DNA of 64,000 bases. Origin: Burkholderiaceae bacterium. GTDB lineage: Bacteria > Pseudomonadota > Gammaproteobacteria > Burkholderiales > Burkholderiaceae_E. The position numbers were made by a program, and so were the translations under genes. The stretch spans positions 7,602 to 71,601 of the forward strand of contig JBFWXS010000002.1 of NCBI GenBank assembly GCA_050187175.1, in the 5' to 3' direction. Shown here in pieces: positions 35,943-44,953 of this stretch. How positions within the stretch are numbered: the first letter of the stretch is position 1; each line of letters opens with the position of its first letter. The notes under the pieces were generated by a model, which was not told the DNA's origin, did no database searches, and was given only the letters and a program-made list of their open reading frames with translations.

Positions 35943-37496
35943 ATGAACGGTGCTGAAAGCCTGGTCCGTACGCTGCTGGCCGGCGGCGTCGACGTCTGCT
36001 TCGCCAACCCGGGCACCTCGGAGATGCATTTCGTCGGCGCCCTCGATCGCGTCGACGGCATGCGCTGCGTGCTGGGCCTGTTCGAGGGCATCTGCAGCGG
36101 CGCCGCCGACGGCTACTATCGCATGGCCGACCGGCCGGCATCCACGCTGCTGCATCTGGGGCCGGGGCTGGCGAACGCGGCGGCCAATCTGCACAACGCG
36201 AGAAAAGCCGGCTCGGGCATCGTCAACATCGTCGGTGAGCATGCGCTGTATCACCTGGCGCACGATACGCCGCTGAGGGCCGACATCGAAGGCATCGCGC
36301 GGCCGTTCTCGCATTGGGTGAGGACTTCGCCGACTTCGCGCACCGTCGCTGCCGACGGCGCGCTGGCCATCCGCGAAGCGCGTACGGCGCCGGGCCGCGT
36401 CGCGACGCTGATCCTGCCGGCAGACACGGCGTGGGGCGAGGCCGAGGGCAGCGCCCCGGCGCTCGACGTCGCCGCGCCCGCCGCGCCGGCTGCGGAAGTC
36501 GTGGTGGCTGCGGCGCGGGCGCTGAGAACGGGCGGTGCTTCCGCGGTGCTTTACCTGGGAGGGCGCGCGATGCGCGCGGCCGGCCTCGAGCTCGCCGGCA
36601 GGATCGCTGCGGTCACCGGCTGCCGGCTGATGGCTGCCGGCGATACGGCCCGCATCGAGCGCGGCGCCGGCCGCGTGGCGGCGGCGCGGCTGTCCATCGT
36701 GGTGGATGCAGCACAGTCCGCGCTACAGGGTACGAGCCGGATGGTGCTGGTGGGGCTCAAGCCGCCGGCCGCCTTCTTCGCGTATCCCGGCAAGCCGAGC
36801 GTGCTGACACCGCCCGGCTGCGAGACCACCGTGCTATGCCCGGTCGACGGCGATCCGCTCGCTTCGCTGCGGTCGCTCGCCGACGAGCTGGACGCCGCCA
36901 ACGCGAAGCCGGTCGCCGTGGCCCAGAGCGGCCGGCCCGCCGCGCCGACGGGCCGCATCACGCTGGACGGCCTCGGCCAGGCGCTGGGTGCCAACCTGCC
37001 GGAGGGCGCCATCGTGGTCGACGAGTCGGTCACTACCGGCCGCGGCTTCTTTCCGCATACTGCCGGCGCGCCGCCGCACGACTGGCTCAAGAACATGGGC
37101 GGCTCGATCGGCTTCGGCACCCCCGTCGCGGTCGGCGCCGCGATCGCCACCCCCGGCCGCAAGGTGATCGCGCTGGCCGGCGACGGCAGCGCCATGTACA
37201 CCATACAGTCGCTGTGGACGATGGCACGCGAGTCGCTCGACGTCTGCGTGATCATCTTCTCGAATCGCACCTACAACATCCTGTACGGCCAGCTCGCGGA
37301 CGTCGGCGTGAGTACGCCGGGGCCCCGCGCCATCGACATGCTCACCATAGGACGGCCCGTGATCGACTTCCCCGGCCTGGCACGCAGCCTGGGCGTTCCT
37401 GCGACGCAGGCGCATGACCTCGAACAGTTCGCACAGCAACTGGCCCGCGCCATGTCGCACGCGGGTCCGTGCCTGATCGACGTGGTGATGCCGTGA
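35943..37496 (+). CDS. ThDP-dependent enzyme, acetolactate-synthase-large-subunit-like catabolic family
   Basis: MNGAESLV..CFANPGTSEM, LLHLGPGLANA, GDGSAMYT...FSN ThDP motif. Confidence 0.92.
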   Translation: MNGAESLVRTLLAGGVDVCFANPGTSEMHFVGALDRVDGMRCVLGLFEGICSGAADGYYRMADRPASTLLHLGPGLANAAANLHNARKAGSGIVNIVGEHALYHLAHDTPLRADIEGIARPFSHWVRTSPTSRTVAADGALAIREARTAPGRVATLILPADTAWGEAEGSAPALDVAAPAAPAAEVVVAAARALRTGGASAVLYLGGRAMRAAGLELAGRIAAVTGCRLMAAGDTARIERGAGRVAAARLSIVVDAAQSALQGTSRMVLVGLKPPAAFFAYPGKPSVLTPPGCETTVLCPVDGDPLASLRSLADELDAANAKPVAVAQSGRPAAPTGRITLDGLGQALGANLPEGAIVVDESVTTGRGFFPHTAGAPPHDWLKNMGGSIGFGTPVAVGAAIATPGRKVIALAGDGSAMYTIQSLWTMARESLDVCVIIFSNRTYNILYGQLADVGVSTPGPRAIDMLTIGRPVIDFPGLARSLGVPATQAHDLEQFAQQLARAMSHAGPCLIDVVMP

Positions 37497-38836
37497 ACGC
37501 GGACGGACTGACGCGCGAACTGGCGCGCTTCGTCTCCGGCATCGCACGCGAAGGCGCGCCGGCCGAAGCTCACGAGGCGGCCAAGACCGGCTTCATCGAC
37601 AGCTGCGCCACCTTGATCGGCGGGCGCAACGAACCGGTGGTGATCACGGCGCTGCGCGGTCTGTCGCCGCTGCCTGCCGGACAGGCGCCGCTGCTGTTCG
37701 GCGACCGGAAGGCGGATGCCGCCGGCGCCGCGCTGGTCAACGGCATTGCCGCGCACGCGCTCGACTATGACGACGTATCGCTGCGCGGACACCCAAGCGC
37801 GGTAATGGTCCCGGCCATTCTGTCGCTGGCGGCCGAACTGCACAGCAGCGGCGCGCGCATGCTCGACGCCTATGTCGCCGGTTACGAGACCTGGGGCGAA
37901 CTGGTCGATCGCGAGCCTGGCATCCACCATATCAAGGGCTGGCATCCGACCGGCATCTTCGGGTCGATCGCTGCTGCCGCCGCTGCCGCCGTGCTGATGA
38001 ACCTGGATGAGGAGCAGAGCCTGCACGCACTGGGTCTGGGCGCCAGCCAGAGCGCCGGCCTGATGTCGAACTTCGGGGCCATGTCCAAGCCTTTCCACGC
38101 CGGTCGCGCCGCGCAGGCCGGCATCGTCGCGGCGCGGCTGGCGCGCGCCGGCTTCACGGCGAGCGTCGACTCGCTCGAGCATTCGCAGGGCTTCCTCGCC
38201 GCGGTCTCGCCGCGCGGCGAGGTCGACCGCACGCGGCCTGCCGCCGTCCTGTCCGGCCTGCAGCTGCCGACGCGCCGCATGAACGTGAAGCGCTATCCTC
38301 TGTGCTACTACACGCATCGCGCGCTCGACGGCATGCTGGCCTTGCGCGCCGCGCGTGCCATCGATCCGGCGGAAGTCGAGCGCGTCGAGGTGAGGATGAG
38401 CCAGGAGCATGCGACGGTGCTGCGCAACCATAGACCCGCCACGGGCCTGGCTGCCAAGTTCAGCATCGAGTTCGCCATGGCGTGCGCGCTGGTTGCCGGT
38501 CGCGCCGGCCTGACCGAGCTCGACGATGCCTTCGTCGGCCTGCCGCAAGTGCAGCGGCTGATCGAGCGTGTGCACGTGACGCCGATCGCCGCCGACGATC
38601 CCGGTACGCCGGGTGCGGCCTGGGCCGATCAGGTGATCGTCAGCCTGCGCGGCGGACGCGTGCTGGAAGGCGAACCGGTGCATCAGGCGCTCGGCCACGC
38701 GGAACGGCCGCTGGGCCGCGACGAGCTGTGGGCCAAGTTCCAGGACGCGCTGGCCTACGGACGCTACGACGGCGATGCGCGCGCGCTGTTCGACCGGCTC
38801 TCCACGCTCGAGCGGCAGCCGCGCTTCGACGGCTGA
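37493..38836 (+). CDS. MmgE/PrpD family protein
   Basis: AALVNGIAAHALDYDD, HPSA, GWHPTG, KPFHAG, KRYPLCYYTH, KFS; GTGA overlap. Confidence 0.92.
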   Translation: MNADGLTRELARFVSGIAREGAPAEAHEAAKTGFIDSCATLIGGRNEPVVITALRGLSPLPAGQAPLLFGDRKADAAGAALVNGIAAHALDYDDVSLRGHPSAVMVPAILSLAAELHSSGARMLDAYVAGYETWGELVDREPGIHHIKGWHPTGIFGSIAAAAAAAVLMNLDEEQSLHALGLGASQSAGLMSNFGAMSKPFHAGRAAQAGIVAARLARAGFTASVDSLEHSQGFLAAVSPRGEVDRTRPAAVLSGLQLPTRRMNVKRYPLCYYTHRALDGMLALRAARAIDPAEVERVEVRMSQEHATVLRNHRPATGLAAKFSIEFAMACALVAGRAGLTELDDAFVGLPQVQRLIERVHVTPIAADDPGTPGAAWADQVIVSLRGGRVLEGEPVHQALGHAERPLGRDELWAKFQDALAYGRYDGDARALFDRLSTLERQPRFDG

Positions 38837-38863
38837 GGCCGCGGGCGCGTAAACTGATCCGCC

Positions 38864-39778
38864 ATGGACTCCGAGCAGCACGCCGAACCTCCCGAGCATC
38901 CGGAGCAGCGTCCCGAGCAGCATCCTCCCGATGCCGCTGACATGCCGCTCACGCAGGTGGCGCCCGACCTCCCCTACGGCAAGCCGGTGGGTTCGCTGCA
39001 CCGCGCGCTCGAACTGCTCGAGCTGTTCGCGGTCGAGCAGCGCCCGCTGACGGTCGGCGAGGTCGCGCAGCGGCTCAGCTATCCGCAGTCGAGCACCTCG
39101 GTGCTGCTGCACGGCCTGAGCGGCCTGGGCTATCTGCAGCACGACCGGCACGCGCGCACCTTCGTGCCCACGCTGCGCGTCAGCTTTCTCGGCATGTGGC
39201 TGCATCAGCGGGTGCTCGCGCAGGGCAGCCTGCTCGACTTCATGGAAATGCTGGCCAGCCGCTCGGGCCATGTCGCCATGCTGGCGATGCAGAACGGCCT
39301 GTATGCGCAGTACATCCACATCGTGGCGGCACGCAGCTCGCGCGTCGGACTCAAGCCCGGGCTGCTGCGGCCCATCTGCCGCTCGGCCGTCGGCAAGGTG
39401 CTGCTGAGTACGATGGCCAACGCGGAGATCCTGCGGATAGTGCGCAACGTCAACGCCATCGACACTGATTTCCCCGAGCCCGTGGATGCCAAGGCGCTGC
39501 TCGCGGAAATCGCCGACTGCCGCCGCACCGGCTTCGCGTTCAGCTCCGGCTCGGTGACGCCGGGTTCGTCGGTGATCGCCACGCGTGTGCCGGACGTCGG
39601 CGGGCAGACCGTCGCGGTCGGCATCGGCGTCCATAGCTGGGAACGCGAGAACCTGCAGCAGCCGATGATGGATCTGTTGCGCGAGGCGATAGCGGTGCAT
39701 TTCGCGGACGGAGGGGCGGCGAATCGGCCGCGAGTACAGGTGGCGCAGACTGGCTACGCGGTCGTCAAGACTTCCTGA
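38864..39778 (+). CDS. IclR family transcriptional regulator
   Basis: SLHRALELLELF..PLTVGEVAQRLSYPQSST..LL..L..LGYL, SAVGKVLL; alternative start 38942. Confidence 0.9.
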   Translation: MDSEQHAEPPEHPEQRPEQHPPDAADMPLTQVAPDLPYGKPVGSLHRALELLELFAVEQRPLTVGEVAQRLSYPQSSTSVLLHGLSGLGYLQHDRHARTFVPTLRVSFLGMWLHQRVLAQGSLLDFMEMLASRSGHVAMLAMQNGLYAQYIHIVAARSSRVGLKPGLLRPICRSAVGKVLLSTMANAEILRIVRNVNAIDTDFPEPVDAKALLAEIADCRRTGFAFSSGSVTPGSSVIATRVPDVGGQTVAVGIGVHSWERENLQQPMMDLLREAIAVHFADGGAANRPRVQVAQTGYAVVKTS

Positions 39779-39809
39779 GCGTTGGAGGGTTCGTGCCGCG
39801 GTTGTGGCG

Positions 39810-40184
39810 GGCAAAGGCGTGGGCCGGGCGCTGCGGCTGGGCATCGTGACAGGGCGTCGCGCCGGGCCGCGTGGCGCGCCTGGCGCGTGGCCCCAGTGGG
39901 CGCGGCGCTGATGCTTGCCCCTTTGCTACGCAAAGGGGTTCCCTGCGATGCTCGGAAGCTTGGCCCACGGCGTGACTCGCTGCGCTCCCCTTTGGGGAGC
40001 TCCGCTCAGACAGACGCCGTAAGTCAGAATGGTGGCGCGCTTTGCGCGCGGGCCAAGCTTCCTGCGCTTCTCGGCTGCGCATACAGCGCCGCGCCCACTG
40101 GGGCCACGCGCCAGGCGCGCCACGCGGCCCGGCGCGACGCCCTGTCACGATGCCCAGCCGCAGCGCCCGGCCCACGCCTTTGCC
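39810..40184. repeat. 375-bp non-coding element with perfect 101-bp terminal inverted repeats and a nested-hairpin core (MITE/REPIN-like or structured RNA)
   Basis: 39810-39910 is the exact reverse complement of 40084-40184; internal stems at 39918-39938, 39954-39966/40050-40062, 39967-39973/40014-40020, 39984-40000 and 40035-40049. Confidence 0.9.
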
Positions 40185-40673
40185 GATACAGCGGTGGCAG
40201 GCAAAGAAATCCGGCTCGCCTGTCGGCTCGTGTACAAACCTAGCGCGATTCGTGCAGCCGAATCGCACAGCTCGCGCGAGGCGGCCTGGATATGTGCTCG
40301 AGAATGAAGGCCGCGCGCTGCTCGACAGCCGTCGCGACGCACATTGGATGCGCTCGTCATCAAGCAGGTTGAACAAAGAAAAGTCGCTTCAGACGCCGCC
40401 TGGTTCTTCTTGGCATGCCACAGTCTTTGCAGGGAGCGGCAGGCGCGGGTCGGCGGCTGGGATGTATGCGGCGCCGAGCAGCGCAGGGCAGTCGGCCCAC
40501 AGGGCCGACCGCCGCATCATCCCAGCCGCCGACCCGCGCCTGCCGCTCCCCCGCTACAACCGGAGCACGAGACCACCCGCGCCTGCAAGCGACCGCAAAT
40601 CAGCCCCTTAATATCTGGAGCACACGGCCCGACGACCATTGGCCCGCCGTCGAATCGACCCTAGCATAGCCGC

Positions 40674-41876
40674 ATGACTGCCAATCACTCCACCAAATCT
40701 TCCGCGGCGCCGGTGACGCTGACCCTCGGCGAAGACCACGCGGACATCCGGCATGCAGTGCGCCGTGTCTGCGAAGGCTTTCCGCAGGAATACTGGCGTG
40801 CGCTCGACGAGCGTGAGGACTATCCCACCGAGTTCATCCGTGCGATGACCGAGGCCGGCTTCCTGGCTGCGCTGATCCCCGAGGAGTACGGCGGGTCGGG
40901 GCTGCCGTTGCGCGCCGCTGCGGTCATCATGGAGGAAGTCTGCGCGGCGGGCTGCCATGCCGCGGCAGGTCATGCGCAGATGTACACCATGGGCACGGTG
41001 TTGCGCCATGGCAGCGCGGAACAGAAGCGCCGCTATCTGCCGCAGATCGCCGCCGGCAAGCTGCGCCTGCAGGCCTTCGGAGTGACCGAGCCGACCACGG
41101 GCTCCGACACCACGCAGTTGAAGACGCGCGCGGTCCGCACCGCCGACGGCTATCGCATCAATGGCCAGAAGGTATGGACCTCGCGGGCGCAGCATTCCGA
41201 TCTGATGCTGCTGCTGGCTCGCACGACGCCAGCGTCGGAGGTCAAGAACCGGACCGACGGCGTCTCGACCTTCCTGATCGATCTGCGCGAGGCCCAGCAG
41301 CGCGGTCTCACCATTCGTCCGATCAAGGCCATGGTGAACCACCATGCCACCGAGGTCTTCATGGAAGACCTGGACGTGCCGGCGGATGCCTTGATCGGCG
41401 AGGAGGGGAAGGGTTTTCGCTACATCCTCGACGGCATGAACGCCGAACGCATGATCACGGCGGCCGAGGCGATCGGCTCGACTCGCTGGTTCGTGCGCAA
41501 GGCCAGCGCGTATGCGAAGGAGCGCGTCGTCTTCAAGCGGCCGATCGGCGCCAACCAGGCGATCCAGTTTCCGATCGCGCAGGCGCACGTCCAGATGGAG
41601 GCCGCGGACCTGATGGTCCGGCGCGCGACCGCGCTGTTCGAGGCCGGTCTGCCGTGTGGTGCCGAAGCGAACATGGCGCGCTATCTGGCCGCTGAATGTC
41701 TGTGGAACGCCGCGGAGGCCTGCATGCAGACGCACGGCGGCTTCGGCTTCGCGCGCGAGTACGACGTGGAGCGCAAGTGGCGCGAGGCCCGGCTTGCGCG
41801 TATCGCGCCGGTCTCGACGAACCTGATCCTGGGCAACATCGCGCAGCACGTGCTCGGCTTGCCTCGCTCGTACTGA
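40674..41876 (+). CDS. Acyl-CoA dehydrogenase
   Basis: IPEEYGGSGL, FGVTEPTTGSD, GQKVWTS, MNAER, THGGFGFAREYDVERKWRE. Confidence 0.93.
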   Translation: MTANHSTKSSAAPVTLTLGEDHADIRHAVRRVCEGFPQEYWRALDEREDYPTEFIRAMTEAGFLAALIPEEYGGSGLPLRAAAVIMEEVCAAGCHAAAGHAQMYTMGTVLRHGSAEQKRRYLPQIAAGKLRLQAFGVTEPTTGSDTTQLKTRAVRTADGYRINGQKVWTSRAQHSDLMLLLARTTPASEVKNRTDGVSTFLIDLREAQQRGLTIRPIKAMVNHHATEVFMEDLDVPADALIGEEGKGFRYILDGMNAERMITAAEAIGSTRWFVRKASAYAKERVVFKRPIGANQAIQFPIAQAHVQMEAADLMVRRATALFEAGLPCGAEANMARYLAAECLWNAAEACMQTHGGFGFAREYDVERKWREARLARIAPVSTNLILGNIAQHVLGLPRSY

Positions 41877-41889
41877 TTCGCTTCCTGGG

Positions 41890-42822
41890 ATGAACGCCAT
41901 GGTCGAAGCTTTCCCGCGGGGTGGTGACATCGCCGCCGGTCTCGCCGGCTGGCTGGGCCGCTCGATGAGCGTCGACGACGAGATCACGCTGGCCGCCGTG
42001 CGGCGCATGGCGGCCATGCTGGATCTCGATCCCGACGCCTTCGAGCGTGGCGTGGCCTTGCCGCCGCACTGGTATTCGATGTTCTTCACCTTGAACGCGC
42101 GCCGTTCGCAGATCGGCCATGACGGCCATCCGCGCAAGGGCGAGTTCCTGCCGCCGGTGCCGCTGCCGCGCCGCATGTTCGTCGGCCGCAAGGTCAGCTT
42201 TCCCGGTGTGTTGCGAGTCGGCGATCGAGCGGTCAGGCGCTCGGAGATCGCCGGCATCGAGCAGAAGGAGGGACGCAGCGGGACGCTGGTGTTCCTGAAG
42301 ATCGTGCATACCATCGAAGTGGCCGGCCGGCCGGTGGTCGTCGAAGAGCAGCAAGTCGTGTACCGCAATGCGGCCGACGGCGGCGGCCAGCGGGCGACGC
42401 AGGCGCCGGCACCGGCGCCGACATCGGTGCCGGCGCCGGCACCGGTGCTGGTCCCTGGCGATGCCGCATGGTGCGAGCAATGGGAGATGGATCCGGTCCT
42501 GGTGTTTCGCTACTCTGCGCTAACCTGGAACGGCCATCGGATCCACTATGACGCCGACTATGCGAGGCGTGAGGAAGGCTACCCCGGCTGTGTCATGAAC
42601 GGCGCGCTCACCGTGCATCTGGTGATCGAAGAGGCGCTGAAGCGCGCCGGCGGACGCAGGCTCGCTGGCCTGGAGGCGAAGCTCGTCAAGCCGCTGTTCG
42701 TCGGCGGCACGCTGACCGTGGCGGGCGGGCTGCCTGCCGATGGCCGCATGGCTGCCTGGGCTGGCGATGCCGACGGCCAGCTCGCGGCCAGCTGCACGCT
42801 GCATTTCGAGGAGGCCGCATGA
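41890..42822 (+). CDS. Double-hotdog acyl-CoA hydratase (itaconyl-CoA/mesaconyl-C4-CoA hydratase-like)
   Basis: DGHPRKGEFLPPVPLPRRMF, KEGRSGTLVF, FRYSALTWNGHRIHYD..YA..EEGYPG. Confidence 0.88.
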   Translation: MNAMVEAFPRGGDIAAGLAGWLGRSMSVDDEITLAAVRRMAAMLDLDPDAFERGVALPPHWYSMFFTLNARRSQIGHDGHPRKGEFLPPVPLPRRMFVGRKVSFPGVLRVGDRAVRRSEIAGIEQKEGRSGTLVFLKIVHTIEVAGRPVVVEEQQVVYRNAADGGGQRATQAPAPAPTSVPAPAPVLVPGDAAWCEQWEMDPVLVFRYSALTWNGHRIHYDADYARREEGYPGCVMNGALTVHLVIEEALKRAGGRRLAGLEAKLVKPLFVGGTLTVAGGLPADGRMAAWAGDADGQLAASCTLHFEEAA

Positions 42823-43775
42823 TGCGTCTGCTGCCGGCCTGGCGTTCGCTGCTGTTCTGTCCTGCCCATTCCGATCGTTTCGTCGCCAAGGCGCATACGC
42901 GCGGCGCCGATGCCGTCATCCTCGATCTGGAGGATTCGGTCGCGCCGGCCGAGAAGCCGGCGGCCCGCGAACGCCTGCGCGATGCCGCTGCAACGGTGGG
43001 CCAGAGCGGCGCCGACGTCGTGGTGCGCATCAACCGCGAGCTGCCGCTGGCGGTGCAGGACATTCACGCGGCCGTCGGCAGGACGGTGAGCGCGCTGATG
43101 CTGCCCAAGGTGATGGGTCCCGAGCACGTGCGCCTGCTCGCCGAGGTGGTCGCCGAGCGCGAGCTGGCGCTCGGTCTGCCGGTCGGTCATACGCGCTTCG
43201 CGGTGCTGGTCGAGTCGGCGGCGGCGCTCGAACAGCTCCCCGCCATTGCGCGGGCCGATCCGCGCGTGGTCTCGCTGGCAGTGGGCGGAGAGGATCTGGC
43301 GACCGATCTCGACGCGCAACCGACCGCCGACTCGCTGTACGTTGCCAAGATGCTGGGCGTTCACGCGGCTCGCGCCGCCGGCATCCTGCCGATGGGCGTG
43401 CTCGCCAGTGTCGCCGAGGTGGCGGACAGCGCGCCCTATCAGGCGATGCTGCAGCGCTCGCGCGCGCTCGGCTTTGCCTGCGCCACCTGCGTGCACCCCG
43501 CGCAGGTGGCGCCGTTGAACGAGGCCTTCGGTCCGACGCCGGAGCAATTGCAGCATGCCCGCCGGTTGACAGTCGCGTACGAGCAGGGGCTGGTGCAGGG
43601 CAGCGGCGCCGTGCTCTTCGAGGGCCTCATGGTGGACCGGCCGGTGGCGGACCGCGCCTATCGGCTGCTGGCGCGCGCGGGACAGGCACGGCCGGGGCAG
43701 CTACGTGCGGAGCAGAGTACGGATCAGCGCATGAATCAGCGTATGGATCAGCGCATGAACCAGGATTCGAATTAG
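42819..43775 (+). CDS. HpcH/CitE family CoA-ester lyase (citramalyl-CoA lyase-like)
   Basis: RSLLFCPA, GADAVILDLEDSV, VVRIN, LPKV, GGEDL, CVHPAQV..LNEAFGP, MVDRPV. Confidence 0.9.
   Translation: MMRLLPAWRSLLFCPAHSDRFVAKAHTRGADAVILDLEDSVAPAEKPAARERLRDAAATVGQSGADVVVRINRELPLAVQDIHAAVGRTVSALMLPKVMGPEHVRLLAEVVAERELALGLPVGHTRFAVLVESAAALEQLPAIARADPRVVSLAVGGEDLATDLDAQPTADSLYVAKMLGVHAARAAGILPMGVLASVAEVADSAPYQAMLQRSRALGFACATCVHPAQVAPLNEAFGPTPEQLQHARRLTVAYEQGLVQGSGAVLFEGLMVDRPVADRAYRLLARAGQARPGQLRAEQSTDQRMNQRMDQRMNQDSN
43709..43768. repeat. 12-bp tandem repeat encoding DQRM/NQRM in the lyase C-terminal tail
   Basis: GGATCAGCGCAT GAATCAGCGTAT GGATCAGCGCAT plus two degenerate flanking units. Confidence 0.75.
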
Positions 43776-43786
43776 AGGAAGCCAGG

Positions 43787-44953
43787 ATGTCTCATACCCA
43801 ACCGCTGGTGGGTTTCACGATCGTCGAGCTCGGACACAGCGTCGCGGCGCCCTATACGGGCTTCATCCTCGCGTCGCTGGGCGCCGAGCTGATCAAGGTC
43901 GAGAATCCGGACGGCGGCGATGCGGCCCGCGGCTGGGGGCCGCCGTTCCATGACGGATCGGGCCCGCACTTCACGGCCTTCAATCGCGACAAGCACAGCG
44001 TCGCCATGGATTTGCGCGATCCGGCCCAGCTCGAGGCCTTGCGCGAATTGATCCGCGACAAGGCCGACGCGGTGATCTGCAACATGCGCGCCGGTGCGGC
44101 GGAGTCGATCGGCATCGGGCCGCTGGCCATGCGGGCTGCCAATCCGTCGCTGGTCTATTGCGAAATCGGCGCCTTCGGACACACCGGCCCGATGAAGGAC
44201 AAGCCGGGCTACGACCCGCTGATGCAGGCCTACGGCGGCATGATGAGCATTACCGGCGAAAGCCAGGACCGGCCGCCGATCCGCGTCGGCGTCTCGATCG
44301 TGGACATGGGCGCCGGCATGTGGGCGGCCATAGGCATTCTCGGTGCGCTGCTGGAGCGTCGGCGCAGCGGCCTGGGCACGCATGTCCGCACTTCGCTGTT
44401 CGAGACGGCCCTCGCCTGGACGGCCACGCCGATCTGCCGCCATCAGATGGGCGGCGGCCCGCAGCTGCCGCAGGGCTCGGGCGCCGCCGGCATCGTCCCG
44501 TACGAGGCCTTCAGGACGCGCGACGGCTGGCTGGTGATAGGCGCCGGCAACGACAAGCTGTTCGGCAAGCTGGCCGACGCCATGGGGCGGCCCGAACTGG
44601 CCGCCGACGAACGCTTCCGCACCAATCGCGCTCGCGTGCTGAACCGGCAGGTGCTGCTGCCCATGGTCGAAGCGTTCGCCGGCGGCTTCGCGTCGCGGGA
44701 ACTGAGCGCGCGGCTGGACGAAGCCGGGGTGCCGAACGCGCCGGTGCAGACCATCGAACAGGTCGTGCGCGATCCGCAGGCGCTCGCGCTCGACATCCTG
44801 CAAGCAGGGCCTGACGGCGGCCTGGCCACCGTCGGCCTGCCGCTCACCTACGACGGCGAGCGCCCGCCGTATCGGCAGGCGGCGCCGCGGCTTGGGGCGC
44901 AGACGGCGCAGTGGGCGGCGGCTGCCGCGTCCGCTTCCGACCCGGCGGCCTGA
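43787..44953 (+). CDS. CaiB/BaiF class III CoA-transferase
   Basis: AAPY, LGAELIKVE, NRDKHSVAMDL, GPMKDKPGYDPLMQA, IVDMGAG; ATG after GAGGA. Confidence 0.92.
   Translation: MSHTQPLVGFTIVELGHSVAAPYTGFILASLGAELIKVENPDGGDAARGWGPPFHDGSGPHFTAFNRDKHSVAMDLRDPAQLEALRELIRDKADAVICNMRAGAAESIGIGPLAMRAANPSLVYCEIGAFGHTGPMKDKPGYDPLMQAYGGMMSITGESQDRPPIRVGVSIVDMGAGMWAAIGILGALLERRRSGLGTHVRTSLFETALAWTATPICRHQMGGGPQLPQGSGAAGIVPYEAFRTRDGWLVIGAGNDKLFGKLADAMGRPELAADERFRTNRARVLNRQVLLPMVEAFAGGFASRELSARLDEAGVPNAPVQTIEQVVRDPQALALDILQAGPDGGLATVGLPLTYDGERPPYRQAAPRLGAQTAQWAAAAASASDPAA

Noticed and set aside
35943-37496. Biosynthetic ilvB/ilvI
   Set aside because: No small subunit or ilvC nearby; the ANPGTSEM N-terminus fits the catabolic, benzoylformate-decarboxylase-related ThDP group.
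40410-40430. Sigma-54-like site TGCCAC-N5-TTGCA
   Set aside because: Lacks the invariant GG at -24; the neighbouring TGGC gives the wrong spacing; no enhancer-binding protein is nearby.
39765-40611. ORFs 39782-40243, 39765-40376, 40029-40307 and 40042-40611 sharing identical peptides
   Set aside because: Artefacts of translating the inverted-repeat arms; Arg/Ala/Pro-rich with no convincing RBS.
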